IMG/VR virus record: IMGVR_UViG_2778261667_000006
Span: 1 to 18,232 of that record
Reading direction: 5' to 3' (one strand)
DNA length: 18,232 nt
From: a virus
Taxonomy: Duplodnaviria; Heunggongvirae; Uroviricota; Caudoviricetes
This document shows positions 9,609 to 16,361 of this stretch, piece after piece; the first letter of the stretch is position 1, and each line of letters begins with the position of its first letter. A program made the position numbers and the translations under genes. The notes beneath the pieces were generated by a model that worked only from the letters and a program-made list of their open reading frames with translations, was not told the DNA's origin and did no database searches.

Positions 9609-9612
9609 GGAT

Positions 9613-9662
9613 AGATCCAATATATAGATCCTGATTAGATCCATATAGTACCAAACAGATCC
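9613..9662. promoter_or_regulatory. Cluster of four GATC (Dam) sites in AGATCC(A) heptamer-like repeats within an AT-rich stretch; origin-opening / methylation-control region
   Basis: GATC at 9614-9617, 9627-9630, 9638-9641 and 9658-9661, each within AGATCC, lying between the DnaA box and the iterons. Confidence 0.6.
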
Positions 9663-9708
9663 CGTAGCTCTTCAGGCCGTGTCACATAAGGCTTTAACCA
9701 CATTTCAG

Positions 9709-9812
9709 ATGTGTGCTGGAGGGAAAACGATGTGTGCTGACGGGAAATATATGTGTGCTGGAGGGTTTTACATGTGTGCTGGCGGGATGTAGGATGTGTG
9801 CTGACGGGAAAA
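9709..9812 (+). repeat. incC-type iteron array: five direct 19-bp RepA-binding repeats (ATGTGTGCTGGAGGGAAAA and variants) at about 21-bp spacing
   Basis: Repeats start at 9709, 9730, 9751, 9772 and 9794. The sequence matches the P1 plasmid iteron consensus as I remember it; five repeats upstream of repA is the P1 incC arrangement. Confidence 0.85.
9766..9794 (+). promoter_or_regulatory. Putative sigma70 promoter of repA embedded in the iterons (-35 TTTACA, 17-bp spacer, -10 TAGGAT); expected to be autorepressed by RepA
   Basis: Hexamers read from the sequence; they overlap iterons 3-5. Autorepression through promoter-iteron overlap is established for P1 repA; its application here is inference. 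Confidence 0.35.
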
Positions 9813-9820
9813 AAAGTCGG

Positions 9821-9829
9821 ATATCCACT
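9821..9829 (+). promoter_or_regulatory. Possible second, imperfect DnaA box (ATATCCACT, 7 of 9) between the last iteron and repA
   Basis: Sequence match only. Confidence 0.25.
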
Positions 9830-9867
9830 GTCGTAAACTTTATTCACAACATGACGGTAACTTATTG

Positions 9868-10728
9868 ATGGATAAGTCATTTATCTCTGATATTCTTTAT
9901 GCTGACATTGAAAGCAAGGCAAAAGAATTAACAGTTAATTCGAACAATACTGTTCAACCTGTCGCGCTTATGCGGCTTGGTGTTTTCGTCCCTAAACCAA
10001 CTAAAAAACAGGGTGAAAACAACGAGATAGATGCATCATCTGTTTTTTCTAAACTGGAAATCGCTCAAGCAGAAGGCTACGACAATATCAAGATTACTGG
10101 TCCTCGTTTGGACATGGATACTGATTTCAAAGTCTGGATTGGGGTAATCTACTCATTTAGCAAATATGGCTTATCATCGAACACTATTCGTCTTTCTTTT
10201 CAAGAGTTTGCAAAGGCGTGCGGATTTCCATCTAAGCGACTTGATGGGAAATTAAGAAACACGATCCACGATTCTTTAGGTCGGTTACGTAACAAAGGCA
10301 TCTCATTCAAAAGAGGTAAAAGTGCTCGTGGAAGCTATAATACTGGCTTGCTTAAAACGGGATATTTTGACTTTGAAACAGATGTCGTTGAACTGGAGGC
10401 TGATTCCAAGTTATGGGAAATCTTCCAGCTAGACTATCGGGTGCTTCTACAGCAACACGCACTTCGTGCTTTACCTAAAAAAGAGGCAGCCCAGGCCATA
10501 TATACCTTTATAGAAAGTCTCCCGGCACGGCCAATACCTATTTCATTTGCCAGAATACGTGAAAGATTAGCCTTGATGTCATCGGTAAGTGAGCAAAACA
10601 GAACGATAAAAAAAGCTATAGACCAGTTAAAAACAATAGGTTATCTCGATTGCACTATTGAAAAGCAAGGACGAGAAAACTTTATTATCGTTCACTCTCG
10701 GAATCCGAAACTTAAACCAACAGATTAA
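9868..10728 (+). CDS. repA: Plasmid replication initiator RepA (P1/IncY iteron-binding type), 286 aa
   Basis: Frame flanked upstream by five and downstream by seven copies of the same 19-bp iteron. The ORF track starts at TTG 9865; I prefer the adjacent ATG at 9868. The only plus-strand gene in the window. Confidence 0.88.
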   Translation: MDKSFISDILYADIESKAKELTVNSNNTVQPVALMRLGVFVPKPTKKQGENNEIDASSVFSKLEIAQAEGYDNIKITGPRLDMDTDFKVWIGVIYSFSKYGLSSNTIRLSFQEFAKACGFPSKRLDGKLRNTIHDSLGRLRNKGISFKRGKSARGSYNTGLLKTGYFDFETDVVELEADSKLWEIFQLDYRVLLQQHALRALPKKEAAQAIYTFIESLPARPIPISFARIRERLALMSSVSEQNRTIKKAIDQLKTIGYLDCTIEKQGRENFIIVHSRNPKLKPTD

Positions 10729-10950
10729 ATGTGTGCTGAAGGGATAGATTCATACCTGGATGTGTGGTGGAGGGAATTTCGGGGGATTGCTTACTTCAGA
10801 TGTGTGCTGGTGGGATAAATGACGCTCTTTACATGCAAAATTCCCCTCCAGCACACATGTTTCCATTATCATTCCCTCTACAACACATCTTGAGCAATGG
10901 GGTTGCCCGGCAGCACACATTTAACGTAACCCCTTCCCTCCAGCACACAT
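10729..10950. repeat. incA-type iteron array downstream of repA: three direct and four inverted copies of the 19-bp iteron (copy-number control locus)
   Basis: Direct copies at 10729-10747, 10760-10778 and 10800-10818; inverted copies (TTCCCTCCAGCACACAT type) at 10841-10858, 10871-10888, 10903-10920 and 10933-10950, spaced about 30 bp apart. Confidence 0.8.
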
Positions 10951-10962
10951 AATTAAAGCGTT

Positions 10963-11670
10963 TCAGAATTTGATCACTCCACTAACCGCTCCCTTTAACG
11001 CACTTGTAGCCATGCCAGCGGCACCGTTGACCAAAGCAGAAACACCTGAGCCAGCGGATGTGTATTTCTGGAAAGTGATTGGGTATGACAAGAACTCTGA
11101 CACCTGATCACGTGAGCGGGTTATTTCCCCAAGTTGCGTAGGAAATACGCGCATTTCTTCTTCCAGTTCTTTTCCGCCGTCCTGAGTTACCCGATAGAGA
11201 CGGATTTTCATCAGATATTCAGGAGGTAGGTTTATTGTACCGTCCGGATTTGTTACGCGAGAACGACGCTCTTTGAACCAGTTCATGATCTTGCCGTCTT
11301 CGGTATCTCTTACGGTCATAGTGACAGGTCCGGCGCTAACGTAGGTTGGTTTACTGAACTCCACGCTGCCTATCACCTTGCTTTCTGTCTCAATGTTCCC
11401 ACTGCTGTAGGTGATATCCTTCACGAACATATCGAAGCCGTTCAGACCATCCACTTCCACGGTCCACTGCCACCCCTGGGCGTAACGGATACGCATAGCG
11501 GCAGCAACAATATTTTTCCCGTAGGCAATATCGCTACTGTAATTCCCGCTTACCCCGCCGCCTGATATGGCTTTATCAAGAATGTCGCTAATGAGGTTGC
11601 TGGTGAATGATTTCGTGTTAAATGACAATGCGGTGGTCAACGTTCTACCAACGCTGCTGAAAATACTCAC
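10963..11670 (-). CDS. Hypothetical structural protein, 235 aa
   Basis: ORF-track frame; GTG start with GGAGG 7 nt upstream; its stop is 12 bp from the last incA iteron. No motif recognised. Confidence 0.55.
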   Translation of the reverse strand: MSIFSSVGRTLTTALSFNTKSFTSNLISDILDKAISGGGVSGNYSSDIAYGKNIVAAAMRIRYAQGWQWTVEVDGLNGFDMFVKDITYSSGNIETESKVIGSVEFSKPTYVSAGPVTMTVRDTEDGKIMNWFKERRSRVTNPDGTINLPPEYLMKIRLYRVTQDGGKELEEEMRVFPTQLGEITRSRDQVSEFLSYPITFQKYTSAGSGVSALVNGAAGMATSALKGAVSGVIKF

Positions 11671-11685
11671 TCTGCGCCTCCAGCG

Positions 11686-12237
11686 TTAAAAAATGGTAGC
11701 CCCCGGAATAATTGCCCGATTTGAAGACATTTTTTCCTCAATCTCCTGCACGCGGGCATATAGCGTTGCTTCATCGGGTAGATCGGAGTAGTCAAATTTC
11801 CCGTCGATGGACGCTCGGCGCTGCCGTGCGACATTTCTGACATTGATAAGCGCCTCCAGATATTCCTCCAGCATTCCAATGATTGCAGGAGGCACTTGCC
11901 ATTGATCCAGCTTTCTGTCGCGTAGATTAACCAGATACAGCATCCGAAAAGGCCAGCTTTCCGAACCTGTTAGCTCTAATTCAATAAAGCCGGATAATTC
12001 ATCCGAATATACCAACAGGCCATTGTTGTCGGTAACATGAACCAGAGAGAGATAATCTTCTGGCAATGGGATTGCCGTGCCACTAGCTTTTTCAAGTTTT
12101 AATGTTTTCACTACCCCTGCCCTGTCCTGATACGTTGTTAGTGCTTTGATCAGGAAGGCTTTCAGCGTTTCTTCTTCACGCACAAGCAGTGGGTTAAATC
12201 GTGCTTTAACGCTTTCTAATAATTCGGTTGGTGTCAT
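11686..12237 (-). CDS. Hypothetical structural protein, 183 aa
   Basis: ORF-track frame; ends 15 nt before the 235-aa gene start; weak SD. The overlapping 70-aa ORF at 11667-11879 is treated as spurious. Confidence 0.55.
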   Translation of the reverse strand: MTPTELLESVKARFNPLLVREEETLKAFLIKALTTYQDRAGVVKTLKLEKASGTAIPLPEDYLSLVHVTDNNGLLVYSDELSGFIELELTGSESWPFRMLYLVNLRDRKLDQWQVPPAIIGMLEEYLEALINVRNVARQRRASIDGKFDYSDLPDEATLYARVQEIEEKMSSNRAIIPGATIF

Positions 12238-12249
12238 CGTGTCTACAAC

Positions 12250-12284
12250 TCAAAAACAAAGATGTTCCCGCCACAAGGGCGGGA
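12250..12284 (-). terminator. Intrinsic-terminator-like hairpin (7-bp stem TCCCGCC/GGCGGGA, 5-nt loop) followed on the minus strand by a T-rich tract (ACATCTTTGTTTTTG)
   Basis: Inverted repeat at 12266-12284 and downstream T-run read from the sequence; sits just after the stop of the 163-aa tube-like gene. The T-tract is interrupted, so it may be a partial terminator. Confidence 0.4.
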
Positions 12285-12291
12285 GCGGGGA

Positions 12292-12783
12292 TTATTCTGC
12301 CCAGTTGTAAACAATACGCAGGGAAGGCTTAACGACTGCCGTTACGTCTTCTGAGGAGAAGTCGACGGCGTCGGAATATACTTTGCAGTGAGAATATGTG
12401 CGGATCAGACCTTTATGGTTGCCGCTATTGGATTCAGCCGCTGCCTGTAAGGTAATTTCCTGATATTCTTTGCCGTATACCATTTGTTTTACAGCGGCGA
12501 GAACTGCGCCCTCGATGGTTTCTGCACATGTGACCTGAAATTCACCAGAGTTACGTAGTGGTCCGTGCTGGTTGAATTTCATGCCGCCAGGAGCGTAATC
12601 TTCCACATCTTCGCGTGTCATTTCTGGTAACTGAGCAGTACGAACCAGTACAGACAGATGCTCATAACCTTTAATGGTCATCCAATATTCAGAGCCAATA
12701 AGTTTTTCGCCCGCAGCCAGGTTTTTATTAAACCGGGATTTCAGAAAGGCCATATCGGCTTTTGTATTTGCAAAACCGGACAT
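12292..12783 (-). CDS. Tail tube-like protein, 163 aa (T4 gp19-like candidate)
   Basis: ATG with AGGAG 6 nt upstream. Same length as T4 gp19 and a similar C-terminal ending (...VYNWAE versus gp19 ...DYWE as I recall it); followed by a terminator-like hairpin, as is common after abundant tube genes. The resemblance is remembered, not computed. Confidence 0.45.
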   Translation of the reverse strand: MSGFANTKADMAFLKSRFNKNLAAGEKLIGSEYWMTIKGYEHLSVLVRTAQLPEMTREDVEDYAPGGMKFNQHGPLRNSGEFQVTCAETIEGAVLAAVKQMVYGKEYQEITLQAAAESNSGNHKGLIRTYSHCKVYSDAVDFSSEDVTAVVKPSLRIVYNWAE

Positions 12784-12791
12784 AAATACTC

Positions 12792-13382
12792 CTACACAAA
12801 AACAGATGAGATATTGCTACGGTTAATAGAGGTGTTTCCGCTGCATTGCAGGGTTACCGTGTTATGAGTGAAATAGCCTTCCGGTGTGCGCGGGGCGTCC
12901 AGTTGGTAACTCACGCTTTTGATAACAACGTCGGTAAGGGCTATGTTTCTACCTATGTTTAACGTTACCGTTTCCGGGCGGCGACCGAATGGCGCTACAT
13001 TGTTCAATTCCGGCGATTCCATCTTCAGCAATGCTGTAATGGCTGCGTTCACTTCGAGTTGTGCGTTCACTGTCGCCATGAAATCAATAACCAGATTAAA
13101 TTCAGGCGGTTGCTGACCTTCCCAAACAAGCATTGAGTTAAAGAGGGTCTTTGTTGTTACGCTGGTTGCGGTCTGAAGTGTATCCGCAAGAGAGCCAGCC
13201 GCTGCGCTAATACCGCCAAGCAACCCACCGACTGACTGGTTTTCAAATGGTGATTGCCACATTGATGACAGTTCTGCGGTAGAGCCTTCACCGATATAAC
13301 CGACGACCATATCCTCAGTGGAGAGGATATAAACCTTCATTAATGGACTTATTCCGTCAGGCATTATCGCGCCGCAAATCAA
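12792..13382 (-). CDS. Hypothetical tail protein, 196 aa (possible second tube-family or tube-associated protein)
   Basis: ORF-track frame; start is TTG at 13382 with a strong GGGAGG 8 nt upstream and an in-frame TAG immediately before; the internal ATGs lack an SD. Confidence 0.5.
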   Translation of the reverse strand: MICGAIMPDGISPLMKVYILSTEDMVVGYIGEGSTAELSSMWQSPFENQSVGGLLGGISAAAGSLADTLQTATSVTTKTLFNSMLVWEGQQPPEFNLVIDFMATVNAQLEVNAAITALLKMESPELNNVAPFGRRPETVTLNIGRNIALTDVVIKSVSYQLDAPRTPEGYFTHNTVTLQCSGNTSINRSNISSVFV

Positions 13383-13431
13383 ACGCTATTCCTCCCAGAT
13401 AGAGGCCACCTTTGCAGGCGGCCTGTGTCAC

Positions 13432-14166
13432 TTACAAGCCGCGTTTTTTGCGAATTCGCATTGATTTTTTGCGGTTGATATTCGCTACGGATGTATGCGC
13501 TTTACGGCGTGCTTTTTTCAGCGCCTGTTTTTGCAGTGACGTCATGCGGCGAGGGCGCGGGCGCTTGCGGATAATGGTAACCTTGCCATCACGAACAACT
13601 TTTTTACGTACCGCTTCCAGCATTGCGCTGTCACCACCAGCAACGGTGTAAATGGCAATAGCCGCTTCCAGCATGTCGCCGTCGCTTTCGGAAAGTGCGT
13701 CATATACACGTTCAGCAGCAGAGTCATCTTCATCGTCGATCATTTCTGTTACGTCGTCCTGATCCGCGCCAAGAGCAACAGCGGCATCAGCAAGGGCTGC
13801 GAGAGCATCGTTATAAGCATCGATTTGTTCATCGGTAAAATCGGTGTCTTCATCGATATCAGCCAGGCCAGCCATAGTGATTGCTAATGCATCAAATGAG
13901 TCAGCCTCCGGATCACCATCTTCAACCCAACCTGCAAGCATGGAAGCCGCCAGGCTGCGCATATCTCCTTGTGCGCGAGACTCAACCGCTTCCATCATCG
14001 CGGTTTCAATATCTTTTTTGGGCTTTGCTTGAGTGTTAGCTCCTTTCTGTTCGGCGCTTTCCAGCATGGCTTTATCATCATTTCCCGGCGTGGATTTATC
14101 ACCGCTTTCAAAGCAGCCAGAACCAAAAATCGCACGCATAAAAGGATCAGCAGTATAATTTTTCAT
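13432..14166 (-). CDS. Strongly acidic protein with a poly-basic C-terminal tail, about 244 aa; function unknown
   Basis: ORF-track frame 13432-14190, but the first ATG lies inside a hairpin; I prefer the ATG at 14166 with GGAGAGAGG upstream. Residues about 80-200 are Asp/Glu-rich; the last about 45 residues are Lys/Arg-rich (KRPRPRRMTSLQKQALKKARRKAHTSVANINRKKSMRIRKKRGL). Confidence 0.6.
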   Translation of the reverse strand: MKNYTADPFMRAIFGSGCFESGDKSTPGNDDKAMLESAEQKGANTQAKPKKDIETAMMEAVESRAQGDMRSLAASMLAGWVEDGDPEADSFDALAITMAGLADIDEDTDFTDEQIDAYNDALAALADAAVALGADQDDVTEMIDDEDDSAAERVYDALSESDGDMLEAAIAIYTVAGGDSAMLEAVRKKVVRDGKVTIIRKRPRPRRMTSLQKQALKKARRKAHTSVANINRKKSMRIRKKRGL

Positions 14167-14181
14167 TTTCAAACCTCTCTC

Positions 14182-14201
14182 CCCCCGCATTTCTGCGGGG
14201 G
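14182..14201 (-). other. Intercistronic stem-loop (8-bp stem CCCCCGCA/TGCGGGGG; GAAA tetraloop on the mRNA strand), no U-tract
   Basis: Perfect inverted repeat between the 552-aa gene stop (14209) and the SD of the acidic protein gene. Confidence 0.4.
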
Positions 14202-14208
14202 TAATAAA

Positions 14209-15867
14209 TCAGCGCATCAGAATTGGCTTACCGACGATGCGGCGAGCTGTACCGGTTGGGCATACAGACCAGGACACTTCCCACAGATCGATGTCTTTCT
14301 GGACAACCTGGACGACATACGGTTCTTCTCCCTGAGATTGGTCACGTGGAGTCACCAGCGCACCAGACGCAACGAAGCGGTCAAGCAATTCGGTCATTGC
14401 CTTCATTAGCGTTTCTTTAGTAATGCCATCTGGTTCATGCTTAATTGTCTGAGCAACCTCATAGAAATTGCGGGCAATAGCATTCATCAGAGACGAAACA
14501 TGCTGGAATCGCAGATAGTTGTTTTTACTGAAAGTTGTTAAAGAGTCGTCGATGTAGACAGAACCATCAGCAGCAACAGAAACTGGATTAATGCGCGCGG
14601 TAACGAACGCTTCACGATCAACTGCACCGATATTTGGAATTCGGGCAATATTCTGTCGGTCAATAGTCGCGCGAGATATGCCAGCCGGAGCGTAATGCCA
14701 ACCGCCAACATCAGAAACCAGCGCAACACCTTTCGCTTTTGCGACAAATGCATCGCAACTGATGCCGTAAACAACATTCATACCAGTGAAGGTATCCCGG
14801 CAGGAAAATGGGAAGTAGTAACGGCTTGGTTGATGTGAGCCGCCAAAACTATGGCTTTTGGCTTCTGAAATGGCATTTTCTGGTGTCTGGTTGCCCTTCA
14901 GGTCGTAGAACATGTCTACGCGAACGTCTTCAGCCAGATTTTTGAGCGCGGCTAAGGCGGATGCGTCATAGCAGCCCAGTGACAGCAATGCGGTGTAATT
15001 AACCTCTGAAGCTTCGAGGACTTTTAATGCTTCCAGATAGTCTTCAGTGTCAATGGTGGACAGATCGCCATCAGTGCCGCCTTCAAAAGCTACATCCTCA
15101 AACATGAGTTGAGCAGCAGATGCTTCCGCATTATCTGCCAGGACGGCACCAATGCGAGTGGACTGGCTTTCAAGCAGTGTCGGAATCCATGCTGGTTGGC
15201 CCATGTCGTTAGTGCCTTCTGGATTGAAGGACACCTGGTGGCTTTCCAGCACCTCAACGGACCCATCGGTTTGTTTTTCTTTCAGCGTCAGCGTAAAGAG
15301 TTCGCTTTCTTCATCATCGCGAGTTAGTGATAACATGCGATTTTGAGATGCATCACCATCTTTGATGAAGAATACGGCCATCCCATCATCGTTAATCTGG
15401 GGTGTCTCTTTTGGAGTGAAGGTGACTGATTTCGTTGTTGCAGTTGAAGCAATACCAACGCTCAATGTGTCACCTGGATTTACTGTGGTTTCAGTAGGCT
15501 CCACGGTAAGTGTTTTGTTTGCCTTAGCCGCTTTTGCTCTGCCCGCAACGGAAACAGAAATACCTGGCACCTTCATGTCTTTAGCGCAAACACGAACGAC
15601 ATAACCAGAGCCGCCTTTTACTGCACGCTCCACGTGGCGGTATGGTTCAAATGCTGATCCCAGGCGAGGGTGAATAGGTGAACCTAATACGCTTTGATAA
15701 GTCGTATCGTCAACTTTCAGCACTTTACCCGGTGCGCCACGACGCGATATTACAAGTCCAGCAAAGACGGATGCGCCACCGCTGGTATTGGTGAGGGTAG
15801 CGTCAGCATTTACCGACATAACAGCGACGCCAGCCGCCTGCCCTACCGAAAAACTAATCTTATTCAT
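14209..15867 (-). CDS. Tail sheath protein candidate, 552 aa
   Basis: ORF-track frame; ATG with GAGGA upstream. The N-terminal pattern (...SVFAGLVISRRGAPGKVLKVDDTTYQSVLGSP) resembles the sheath N-terminal pattern I recall from T4 gp18-type proteins; size and position upstream of tube-like genes fit. Confidence 0.5.
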   Translation of the reverse strand: MNKISFSVGQAAGVAVMSVNADATLTNTSGGASVFAGLVISRRGAPGKVLKVDDTTYQSVLGSPIHPRLGSAFEPYRHVERAVKGGSGYVVRVCAKDMKVPGISVSVAGRAKAAKANKTLTVEPTETTVNPGDTLSVGIASTATTKSVTFTPKETPQINDDGMAVFFIKDGDASQNRMLSLTRDDEESELFTLTLKEKQTDGSVEVLESHQVSFNPEGTNDMGQPAWIPTLLESQSTRIGAVLADNAEASAAQLMFEDVAFEGGTDGDLSTIDTEDYLEALKVLEASEVNYTALLSLGCYDASALAALKNLAEDVRVDMFYDLKGNQTPENAISEAKSHSFGGSHQPSRYYFPFSCRDTFTGMNVVYGISCDAFVAKAKGVALVSDVGGWHYAPAGISRATIDRQNIARIPNIGAVDREAFVTARINPVSVAADGSVYIDDSLTTFSKNNYLRFQHVSSLMNAIARNFYEVAQTIKHEPDGITKETLMKAMTELLDRFVASGALVTPRDQSQGEEPYVVQVVQKDIDLWEVSWSVCPTGTARRIVGKPILMR

Positions 15868-15905
15868 GCTGTGTTCTTATCCTCTAAAGCGAGAGAACTA
15901 GGCAA

Positions 15906-15930
15906 GGCTACCCACGGTTAATGGGCAGCC
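15906..15930 (-). other. Imperfect intercistronic hairpin (GGCTaCCCA / TGGGcAGCC, 7-nt loop)
   Basis: Inverted repeat with one mismatch, between the Ig-like gene stop and the sheath gene start. Confidence 0.25.
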
Positions 15931-15935
15931 TCTGA

Positions 15936-16214
15936 TCAGGATTCGCTTACCGTGAAATTGTCGCCTACGGTTACTTCTTTCGTAGTCGGTTCAACACTGA
16001 CGGCGCTTACGCTTTTAGGTGCCTCCCTAACAGTGACTGTGCACTGTGCGGTTTTATTGCCGTCATTGGTTTTGATTGTCAGCACTGCCTGCCCGGCCTT
16101 AAGAGCGGTACATGTAGTGCCATCAACCTGGACAATTTCAGGGTGATCGGACTCAACAGTGAAAGATTTGTCTGTTGCGTCAGATGGCGAGATAGTTACT
16201 TGAATGTTTGCCAT
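15936..16214 (-). CDS. Ig-like (Big_2-type) domain protein, 92 aa; probable capsid decoration or accessory protein
   Basis: ATG with AGGAG 7 nt upstream. The sequence VTISPSD...FTVESD...TALKAGQAVLTIKTNDGNKTAQCTVTV has the strand pattern of a bacterial Ig-like domain; the C-terminus (SVSAVSVEPTTKEVTVGDNFTV) looks like the first strand of a second, truncated copy. Confidence 0.6.
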   Translation of the reverse strand: MANIQVTISPSDATDKSFTVESDHPEIVQVDGTTCTALKAGQAVLTIKTNDGNKTAQCTVTVREAPKSVSAVSVEPTTKEVTVGDNFTVSES

Positions 16215-16227
16215 TCTTTTCTCCTGA

Positions 16228-16254
16228 ACGCCCCTTATTCAGGGGCGTGTTTTT
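16228..16254 (+). terminator. Plus-strand intrinsic terminator (8-bp stem ACGCCCCT/AGGGGCGT, 5-nt loop, then GTTTTT) inside a minus-strand operon
   Basis: Perfect inverted repeat followed by T5 on the plus strand only. On the minus strand the same hairpin sits directly upstream of the SD of the Ig-like gene, with no U-tract. Confidence 0.45.
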
Positions 16255-16361
16255 GCCTTACTTCTGCTTTGTTTTTTTCTGTGCCTTTGAAGTGTTCGCG
16301 GCGATAGTTTCACCTTCATCTACGTCAAGTGACGTTGGTGATACCGACACGTTCGCCACCA

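Noticed and set aside
9865-9867. TTG at 9865 as the repA start (ORF-track start)
   Set aside because: The adjacent ATG at 9868 gives a 286-aa product and is the more conventional choice, though neither has a strong SD.
9635-9880. 81-aa minus-strand ORF
   Set aside because: It spans the GATC cluster and the five incC iterons; its repetitive translation is an iteron artefact.
9709-10950. The short repeats around repA could be mistaken for a CRISPR array
   Set aside because: The repeats are 19 bp with only 2-3 bp between copies in incC, occur in both orientations in incA, flank an initiator gene, and match the P1 iteron consensus. These are RepA binding sites, not CRISPR repeats.
10764-10952. 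62-aa plus-strand ORF downstream of repA
   Set aside because: It lies entirely within the incA iteron array.
10951-11700. Expected parA/parB partition genes next to repA
   Set aside because: Searched for: the adjacent genes are on the opposite strand and none shows a Walker-A (KGGxGKT-type) motif. Partition functions, if present, are outside this window.
11667-11879. 70-aa minus-strand ORF
   Set aside because: Overlaps the 183-aa gene in another frame and the start of the 235-aa gene; no independent signal.
14188-14190. First ATG of the acidic-protein ORF as its start
   Set aside because: It lies inside the 14182-14201 hairpin and lacks an SD; the ATG at 14166 has GGAGAGAGG upstream.
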